In this document: one piece after another, positions 16,084 to 23,395 of the stretch
Position numbering within the stretch: position 1 is the first letter of the stretch
How the letters are laid out: every line of letters begins with the position of its first letter
Origin: Candidatus Omnitrophota bacterium
GTDB taxonomy: Bacteria > Omnitrophota > Gorgyraeia > DTHP01
Length of the DNA stretch: 64,000 bases
Direction of reading: 5' to 3'
Assembly (NCBI GenBank): GCA_023819145.1
Contig: JAMWCW010000001.1
Location: forward strand, 66,400-130,399
Made by a program: the position numbers and the translations under genes
Notes under the pieces: generated by a model
Told to the model about the DNA's origin: nothing
The model's input: only the letters and a program-made list of their open reading frames with translations
Databases searched by the model: none

Positions 16084-18471
16084 ATGAAGTGGTTACATGT
16101 TAAAATTTTTTGGAGTATTGCCTTTTTAATTATTGCCAGCCTACTTTATGTTGATAATCTTTTTATGTTTTCTTCTTTAGATTTTATTACAAGAAGAGTA
16201 TTAACTCCTTCTTATACAGATTCTCCTTCGGTTGAGGTTCCCTCCGGTTCTCCTAAAATAATTGCCCGTGGAGAAGGGGTAGGTGCTAAAGGAGCGGGGG
16301 TAGGACGAGTGGTTATCATTGATGAAAATAGTTCCATCCCTATTCGTGAGCAGGCAATGCGTGTGCGCGAAGGAGATGTACTTGTTGCTTATCGCACCGA
16401 TCCTTCTTTGGTGGATGCCATGCGCCGAGCAGGTTTGGTGATTACTGAAATTGGAGGGAAAAATTCTCATGCTGCGATTGTCGCTAGAGAATTTAATTTA
16501 AATGCGGTTATTGGTGTGCCCAATGCTACGCGTATTTTTGCTCAAGGGCAGGTAGTTACTGTTGATGCTGAGCATGGAGTCATTTATGCTGGAGCTTTGC
16601 CGCTTGAAGAAGATAGTGTTTCCTATCGCGTGAGTGAACTTCCGTCTACGAGCCCTGTAAAGATAGGGATACTTTCCTTTGATACTGCTCGGGTGAGAGC
16701 GATGTTTCCTTTGGGTTTGTATTCTGATTTTTACGGTATAGGGCTGATGCGTGCAGAGTTTGCTTTACAAAATATTGGCATCCATCCGTTAGCAATATTG
16801 GATTTTGATAGAGGTACGCTTAGAGATGCAAGGCTACAAACAGAAATTACGCAAAAAATCAAAGGCTATGCGAGTGCGCGAGACTATTACATCTCAAAAC
16901 TTTCTTCTGCAATATTTTCCAATTCGCTTATTCTACATGAGGGGCAAAAGGTTATTTACCGCACCACTGATTTTAAAACCAACGAATATGAAGATATGTT
17001 AGGAGGGGATGTTTACGAGCATAAAGAGCCCAACCCCATGATGGGCAATCGCGGTTTACAGCGAATGATTAGTCCTGAATACCGGGAAGCATTTGATATG
17101 GAACTCGAAGCATTTTTACTTGCCTGGAAAGATAATCCGGGAAAGATTTCTATCATGGTTCCTATGGTACGCACTCCCCAAGACCTTCTGACTTTTCGTC
17201 AAATTCTTGAGGGAAAAATAAGGAGTATGGGGCTCTCGGGTATGCCTGAGGTAGTAATGATGTATGAATTGCCCGCGAATGTTTTTCAGATAGAGGAATT
17301 TATTCACGCCGGTATAAATGGTATTTCCATTGGTTCAAATGACCTGACACAATTTATTCTGGCAGTAGACAGGGACAGTGGTTTATTTAGAGAAGGAGGT
17401 AGAGAAGAATATGATGCCGTAAATAGAGCAGTATTGCGTGCTATCGGCATCGGTATAACTTCTTCTAAAGCCCGCGGTGTAAAAACAGGTATTTGTGGGC
17501 AAGCGCCATCAGACCATCCAGATGTTTATCCTGCAATTCTTACTGCTTTAGGAATAGATTCTATAAGTGTTACTCCCGATGTGTTTCATAAAGTGGTAGA
17601 AGCAGTAGCCCAAGCACAACAAAATCCTTCTTTTGGGATGAGATACCTTTCGGGTTTAGATTTATTTTTAGGCTACGATACCCAGACTAATCCCAAACGA
17701 GAATTAAAGAAGATAATTAGTTCTGATGATATACTTCGGAGTATTGGCATTCATCCTTTAGCCTTACTTGCCTTTGACCGGGGAAGTAGTTTATTGAGTG
17801 ATACGGCGATAAGTAGGCAGATTGTTTCTTTTGCCGGAGAAGAAACTGCAGAACGGGCTTACTTTGACCGTGTATATAGGGCGGTAAAGAATGCTTTACT
17901 TATGGATGGAGAGGTAGTTTATAGAACAGGAAGTTTGCTCAGTACCGATTATAAAACGCTTGTGGGAGGAGATATTTTTGAAAAAGAAGAAGCAAATCCC
18001 TTATTGGGTGCGTTTGGAATGTACCGCCTGCTCAGATATGGTTCAGAAGATGGCGCTTTGAGTATGCGTGATATTTTTAACATAGAGATGGATGCAGTTT
18101 TAAAAGCTGTGCGGGATACCGGTAAAGTTATTCATTTAGAGTTAGATATGGTGCGCACTTTTGGAGAATTACAGGAGGCAGTTTCTGTGATTAATGAGGC
18201 AATACGCCGTACAGGGATTTCTCCAGATAAGGTGAAAATTGGTCTAAATGTTTCTACTCCGGCAAATGTTCTGCTTATTTCTGATTTTATTAACCAAGGG
18301 AGATTAAGTTTTGTGAGTATCGACGAAAAAAGGTTAGCCTGTTATCTTTTGGGGGTGGATTCCTTGAGTATGGTTAGCCCCGAGGCTATTGAACGAGCCC
18401 TATATATACCTCGTCAACTGGTTTATACAGCATTAGCTCAAAAGGGAATCCCTTTAGTTAACTCCCCCTAA
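16084..18471 (+). CDS. PEP synthase phospho-His swivel domain, an intact PEP/pyruvate TIM barrel and a degenerate second barrel, with the leader and RR motif
   Basis: Motifs are GGKNSHAAIVAREFNLNAVIGV, GLMRAEF, NPMMGNRG, GSNDLTQ and CGQAPSD. Residues 545-795 repeat the barrel with lost motifs (NPLLGAFG, SIDEKRLAC). The leader ends LDFITRRVLTP. Confidence 0.8.
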   Translation: MKWLHVKIFWSIAFLIIASLLYVDNLFMFSSLDFITRRVLTPSYTDSPSVEVPSGSPKIIARGEGVGAKGAGVGRVVIIDENSSIPIREQAMRVREGDVLVAYRTDPSLVDAMRRAGLVITEIGGKNSHAAIVAREFNLNAVIGVPNATRIFAQGQVVTVDAEHGVIYAGALPLEEDSVSYRVSELPSTSPVKIGILSFDTARVRAMFPLGLYSDFYGIGLMRAEFALQNIGIHPLAILDFDRGTLRDARLQTEITQKIKGYASARDYYISKLSSAIFSNSLILHEGQKVIYRTTDFKTNEYEDMLGGDVYEHKEPNPMMGNRGLQRMISPEYREAFDMELEAFLLAWKDNPGKISIMVPMVRTPQDLLTFRQILEGKIRSMGLSGMPEVVMMYELPANVFQIEEFIHAGINGISIGSNDLTQFILAVDRDSGLFREGGREEYDAVNRAVLRAIGIGITSSKARGVKTGICGQAPSDHPDVYPAILTALGIDSISVTPDVFHKVVEAVAQAQQNPSFGMRYLSGLDLFLGYDTQTNPKRELKKIISSDDILRSIGIHPLALLAFDRGSSLLSDTAISRQIVSFAGEETAERAYFDRVYRAVKNALLMDGEVVYRTGSLLSTDYKTLVGGDIFEKEEANPLLGAFGMYRLLRYGSEDGALSMRDIFNIEMDAVLKAVRDTGKVIHLELDMVRTFGELQEAVSVINEAIRRTGISPDKVKIGLNVSTPANVLLISDFINQGRLSFVSIDEKRLACYLLGVDSLSMVSPEAIERALYIPRQLVYTALAQKGIPLVNSP

Positions 18472-18480
18472 CCGGGAAAA

Positions 18481-18580
18481 ACCGACCCCACCTCGTAGGT
18501 GTCCTTTTCACTGTATTGTAAGTTGTTTTTATATGGATACTTATGTGGGACGATTTTGGCCACCTACGAGGTGGGCACGG
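18481..18580. repeat. REP-like inverted-repeat pair 1
   Basis: ACCGACCCCACCTCGTAGGTGTCC at 18481-18504 faces GGCCACCTACGAGGTGGGCACGG at 18558-18580. The cores are exact reverse complements (CCACCTCGTAGGTG and CACCTACGAGGTGG). Confidence 0.75.
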
Positions 18581-18948
18581 TTAGTTTTGGTTTGGGTGTG
18601 GGTTGAGGAAAGTAGATTTTGGGTTGAGGAGTTAGATTAAGGAAAAATAAAAAACAGAATAGAATGTTTTGAGGTGTAAAGAAAGTTTACCCCCACAATG
18701 ATAGAAGATGTCAGTGTAAGTAGATATTTATCAGTAACTTATGGATAGATGCTCTTAGAATGTAATTTTAATTTACTTTCTTATTTGCCTTATGAAAAAA
18801 GGAGGAAGATAAATTTTCTTGTTTTATAGTCGGAAAAATCTGTCTTTGGTGATTATCTAATATTCTGGCATAAATTTTGCTTACTCTAGTAACAGAAAAA
18901 ATGTCAGAATTAAAAATTGAAATAAGAAAATTTTTACCATCTCTGCCA

Positions 18949-18977
18949 TTGACGATAAGAGAAAGATGTGATATAAT
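18949..18977 (+). promoter_or_regulatory. promoter TTGACG-N17-TATAAT upstream of the 1378-aa gene
   Basis: TTGACG at 18949-18954, a 17-nt spacer ending in tgtga, TATAAT at 18972-18977. Confidence 0.55.
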
Positions 18978-19001
18978 TTATATAGAGAATAATAATAAAT
19001 A

Positions 19002-22000
19002 ATGAATAAAATAATAAAAATGATAAATATGGAAAAGAAGAGAAAATATATTCTTATCTTTTTGGGACTATTTTTGCTTATTAGTGCCTATGTAGAGGCA
19101 AAGGTGCGTACTCAAGTAATTCGCAATAGCCCCGTCCCGGAAAGAAATGTGGGAATTATTCCTGAGGCGCGTTCGGTAGAAGACTGGGCACGGGTGAGAA
19201 CTCAGGTTATAAAAGAAACAGAAAGGAGAAACCGTCAAATAGAGACCAGCCAGAATCTTCCCGATAAAATGGAAGATAGCCGGAGAGAGACAGAAGAGGA
19301 ACGCCTCAAATCCGCTTACAAAATAGAAAAAGATGCTCGGGAGATGAAACAAAAAATAGAGCAGGCTTCTCCCAATGAGGTGGTAGGAGAAAATCCCGAT
19401 GGGACAAAATGGTATCAATACTCAGGAAGATTTGACATCTTCAAGAACTGGATAAAAAACAAACTCAAAGAACTTGGCCTCTTGGATAAATGGAAGGGTG
19501 AAAGTTTTGAGGAATTAGTTCAAAAATATGGTAAAACCAATTTTGACCTCACCTTCAACAAAAAATCTTGGTCTTATTTTGGTAAGCGCTCCTCGACTCT
19601 GCAAACCACAGAATTTCAATTTAGTTTAACCAATCCCGAAGATAATTTTGAAAAATATATTCAGACGCGCTCGCGTCAATTAATCTGGGATAGCGCCAAT
19701 AATCGCGAGGCAGAAATTGTGCAACATACTATAACCGATGAGATAGAATGGGCAGGTAAGTTCTATGGCACGCCGGGAAAAACCGAACAAGGAAGGCAGA
19801 TGCTTTCTTCTCGCCAGAGAACTTGGGATGAGACCAGGGGAACTTATTCTGAGGTAAACCAGAGAAATGTCTATGAAGGGAATTTCCATATGCCCATTAA
19901 GACCATCCGCAAGGTCTTTGAATCGGGCTACGATACTAAAGGCAATTACTATGAACGCCGATACGAGATGACCCGTGAGAATATTGAATGGGCGTGGGTT
20001 GTTTCAAGTGACCCAATTTCTGGCGGAAGTTATGAAACAAAGAGCTTTGACCAGACGATGATTGATTATTCCACGCCTGATAAAAAGACAATTTCCCACC
20101 ATGAGTTTACTTATACTGATGATGGAGTTCCGGAAAGTCAATTGATTGTTAGCCGAGAAGTTGGTTTAGGGCTAAATCATATTTCAGTAAGTTTAGAAAG
20201 ATATCTTGACTACTACAAAGATGGTTCTTTGCGCCAAGGACTGAGTCTTGATCTCACTGGTGATTTTCCTGACGTATATACCGCCGTAAAAGAAGGAAGA
20301 ACTTTACAGAATTTAATCAATAATAAAGAAACAAAGTCGCAAATCGAAGCACAGTTGGGACGCAGTTTAAACTTGAACAATCCTCAAGATTTAAAAATCT
20401 ATACCGCTTATCTGAGGGAAGGATTGGGGGAAACAGCAAGAAAAATCAGTTTGAGTTTTGCCGAGAAGAAACACAATGACAAAGCATTCCTTGCCTGGGA
20501 AAAAGAGACAGTTGCCATTGAAGGAAAAGATGAAAATGGGAGCCTGATTAGTTCTAGCAGTGAAATAGAAAAAACTTATACCCAGTTCTTACCCTTTGGT
20601 CAACCCACAGAGATTGAGCAACTGATAAGAAGCGAAGCCACACCAAATGTAGAAACAAAATTAAAGATTTCTTTAAAATACAACAAGTATTGTCAGGTAA
20701 CTGAACAGAGAACCGAAACGCGAGAAACAAGCCTTGATGGCAAACTTAATAAACACACGATAAGCATAAAAGATAAAATTGTTTACAATGGTTTAGGACA
20801 GGAAATTTCCTATCGTGAGCGAGAAGAAGAATATGATATAGATGGAAAGCGCATTGGCAATCGTGAAACTTTAGTAAAAAATATTACCTATAATGAAGAT
20901 GGCTTGCAGACCGGTTACGAGATGCAGAGCATAACCAGAGGAATTGATACTCATGATGGAAGTATTTTTGAGATAATTACTGAAACAAAAGTGCGCGATA
21001 TCCGATATAATGAATTGGATATGCGTATATCCTGGAAGGAGATAAGTATAGATTTAAGCAGAAGCCCGGGATTAATTAGTGAGAGAATGTATCAGGTAAA
21101 GGCAATAGATGAATTTGGAAGAATTACGGAGATAGATATAAAAGAACACACTTATGGCACTGCTTCCGATGGAACCTCTCTAAATACTGAACGCACCATT
21201 AACCGCAAGATAAAATACAACTCTTTAGGTCAGGAAGAAGAGGCAATTGAGGAGGTAATTGAGAAGGCAAAGACCACTATCTCAACCATTAAATATGCCT
21301 ATGACCAGTATGGGAGAATTTCGCGCGAAGAAAGAAAAGTGCATGTAACGGGGAAAGATGGAGATAGCGAATTGGACTATACTTATACTCTATTGCGCTA
21401 TGGATTTGAGTACAATGATGCAGGACTTCTACAGAGATATAAGGCTAAAATCCGGAATGAATCTACAGCCGATATAGAAATAACTCAGGAGGTAGAGATT
21501 GGCTATGACAGTCTGGGAAGAGTAGATTATCAGAAGACTCAAGTCTGGGAAGATACGCGAAGCGGAGATAAGGCCTTACACAAATACACACTTACCGTAA
21601 GGGAAAACATTACCTATAATGAATTAGGATTAGAGACAGCTTATACTGAAACAGAGGAGGAATTTGATGAAGATGGAAAACGCATTGGCAATCGTAAGGT
21701 TAAGGTAAGTAACATTACTTATAATGAAGATGGTTTGCAGACTGGTTATGACATGGCGGTAATAGTAGAAGGGACTGATACCCATGACGGAAGTAGTTTT
21801 GAAACCTTTACCGAGATTAAAGTGCGCGATATTCGTTACAACAATTTAGGCATCCGCATTAGTTGGAGAGAAACCACCATAGATACAAGTAGGAGTCCAG
21901 GATTAACTACCGAAAGAAAATACGCGGTTACAGAGATAGATAGGTTTGGTAGACCTATAGAGCTTATAATCAATGAGCATGCTTATGGCTCTGCTTCTGA

Positions 22001-23138
22001 CGGGACAAGTTTAGATACCTTCCGCAAGATTACACGCCAGATAACCTACAATTCTTTAGGTCAGGAAGAGGAAATTACTGAAACCGTAGAAGAAGGGGCA
22101 AAGAAAACCACTTCCAAGATTAAGTACGAATACGATGAATGTGGCAGGATTAAATATGAAGAAAGAAATATTCATGTAGAGGGCGAAGAAGAGGGGGTTG
22201 AGTTGGATTATATTTCTACAATAAGGCGTTATGGATTTAAATACAATGATGCAGGGCTTGTACAGGGCTATACGGCAGAAATCTGGAACGAGTCCAGTCC
22301 CGACTTAGAAATAAAGCAGGAGGTAGAATTTGGCTATGACAGTCTGGGAAGAATAGACTATCAACGAAGCGAAACCTGGGAAAAGGGAATAAGTAAAAAG
22401 CGCGATAAACATGGTGAACCTACAGGCGAGGAAGAAGAGGTTGAACGGCATACAATTTCTGAGAAATATGATATCCAATATAATGAATTGGGCTTGGAAA
22501 CTTATTATAAAACCGATAGAAAAGAATACGAGGATGGAGAGTTAATCCGCGATGTTACCGAGACCACTTCGGGAATAAGGTATGATAGTAAGGGAAGAAT
22601 GACTGAATACACCACCCATAGAACTGGTCAAGAGAGATTCCTTGAAGACAGTGGAGAATATGGGGAATTAAAGAGTGTAAATATTACTACCCATATTTAC
22701 AACATTACCTATGTTGATGGTCTGGATTTAAGAAAATCCTGGAGAGAAGAAATTTCTGGTTATATAGGGGGACAGGAATTTAAGGCAAGCACCCGTCAAT
22801 ATGAAATCTTAGAATTTGACCGCTTTGGAGAAGTGGTAGATATAAATATTGAAGGAGATGGAGTGGAGGAGGAAAATTCTGCTCCTCAGATTGATACGCG
22901 GGGAACAACTTCTGGCCCAGAAGTTAATCAGACCACCAGACCTTACTCTCCGACAGGTTCAATAAAGACAACAAGTGTTCGTCGGGGACCAGTAAGAGGT
23001 TTAGGAGTGCGCGGAAAAAGTAGAACTTATGCAAAAAGACCTTCCGGAATAAGTCTTTTGAGTAGTGAATCCAGTCAGCGTAAGAAATTAGAAGAGGAAG
23101 CAGAATATATTACGCCAGATAAAGAAGAAGAAAAATAG
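19002..23138 (+). CDS. secreted YD/Rhs-type repeat protein, 1378 aa
   Basis: The signal peptide is ILIFLGLFLLISAYVEA/KV. YD-like motifs recur (ITYNEDGLQTGY, IKYAYDQYGRI, IGYDSLGRVDY, ITYNELGLETAY). The true start may be ATG 19029. Confidence 0.7.
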   Translation: MNKIIKMINMEKKRKYILIFLGLFLLISAYVEAKVRTQVIRNSPVPERNVGIIPEARSVEDWARVRTQVIKETERRNRQIETSQNLPDKMEDSRRETEEERLKSAYKIEKDAREMKQKIEQASPNEVVGENPDGTKWYQYSGRFDIFKNWIKNKLKELGLLDKWKGESFEELVQKYGKTNFDLTFNKKSWSYFGKRSSTLQTTEFQFSLTNPEDNFEKYIQTRSRQLIWDSANNREAEIVQHTITDEIEWAGKFYGTPGKTEQGRQMLSSRQRTWDETRGTYSEVNQRNVYEGNFHMPIKTIRKVFESGYDTKGNYYERRYEMTRENIEWAWVVSSDPISGGSYETKSFDQTMIDYSTPDKKTISHHEFTYTDDGVPESQLIVSREVGLGLNHISVSLERYLDYYKDGSLRQGLSLDLTGDFPDVYTAVKEGRTLQNLINNKETKSQIEAQLGRSLNLNNPQDLKIYTAYLREGLGETARKISLSFAEKKHNDKAFLAWEKETVAIEGKDENGSLISSSSEIEKTYTQFLPFGQPTEIEQLIRSEATPNVETKLKISLKYNKYCQVTEQRTETRETSLDGKLNKHTISIKDKIVYNGLGQEISYREREEEYDIDGKRIGNRETLVKNITYNEDGLQTGYEMQSITRGIDTHDGSIFEIITETKVRDIRYNELDMRISWKEISIDLSRSPGLISERMYQVKAIDEFGRITEIDIKEHTYGTASDGTSLNTERTINRKIKYNSLGQEEEAIEEVIEKAKTTISTIKYAYDQYGRISREERKVHVTGKDGDSELDYTYTLLRYGFEYNDAGLLQRYKAKIRNESTADIEITQEVEIGYDSLGRVDYQKTQVWEDTRSGDKALHKYTLTVRENITYNELGLETAYTETEEEFDEDGKRIGNRKVKVSNITYNEDGLQTGYDMAVIVEGTDTHDGSSFETFTEIKVRDIRYNNLGIRISWRETTIDTSRSPGLTTERKYAVTEIDRFGRPIELIINEHAYGSASDGTSLDTFRKITRQITYNSLGQEEEITETVEEGAKKTTSKIKYEYDECGRIKYEERNIHVEGEEEGVELDYISTIRRYGFKYNDAGLVQGYTAEIWNESSPDLEIKQEVEFGYDSLGRIDYQRSETWEKGISKKRDKHGEPTGEEEEVERHTISEKYDIQYNELGLETYYKTDRKEYEDGELIRDVTETTSGIRYDSKGRMTEYTTHRTGQERFLEDSGEYGELKSVNITTHIYNITYVDGLDLRKSWREEISGYIGGQEFKASTRQYEILEFDRFGEVVDINIEGDGVEEENSAPQIDTRGTTSGPEVNQTTRPYSPTGSIKTTSVRRGPVRGLGVRGKSRTYAKRPSGISLLSSESSQRKKLEEEAEYITPDKEEEK
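20778..22472 (+). repeat. in-frame tandem duplication inside the YD protein gene: an 831-nt unit (20778-21608), a second unit of 864 nt (21609-22472), and a decayed third copy at about 22473-22860
   Basis: gatggaaaRcgcattggcaatcgt and ataatgaagatggYttgcagacYggttaYgaSatg recur at 20841 and 21672, an offset of 831 nt. The protein units align over about 277 aa. Confidence 0.8.
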
Positions 23139-23395
23139 AAAAAAAATTACGGAGGATAACAAAAATCTTTCATTTTAAGTAATTGTAATTAAATAGTTTA
23201 AAAATTAATTTTATAAGCATGTAACTTAAGTTTACAATTATTAAACATTTTAGGGAGGAGAAAAAAGAGAGATAAAAAATGTAAATTTAATTATATTAAT
23301 TACTTATAAATGACGATGATTTTAGAGGAAAATTGGCATTAAACTTGCTTATATAAAGATGAAAAATTAAAATTTTGAAAAAAGGAGGGTAAAAA

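Noticed and set aside
287-18471. Interpreting the RR motif as a Tat (twin-arginine) export signal.
   Set aside because: Tat motifs (S/T-R-R-x-F-L-K) precede the hydrophobic region. Here RR follows it by 5-20 residues and lacks the F-L-K context. A true Tat-type leader exists at 58900 for comparison.
23250-23284. An ATG-TAA start-stop mini-ORF downstream of GGGAGGAG in the 23139-23395 spacer.
   Set aside because: The spacing from the SD-like sequence to the ATG is about 19 nt, which is too long for initiation. It is probably a chance occurrence in AT-rich DNA.
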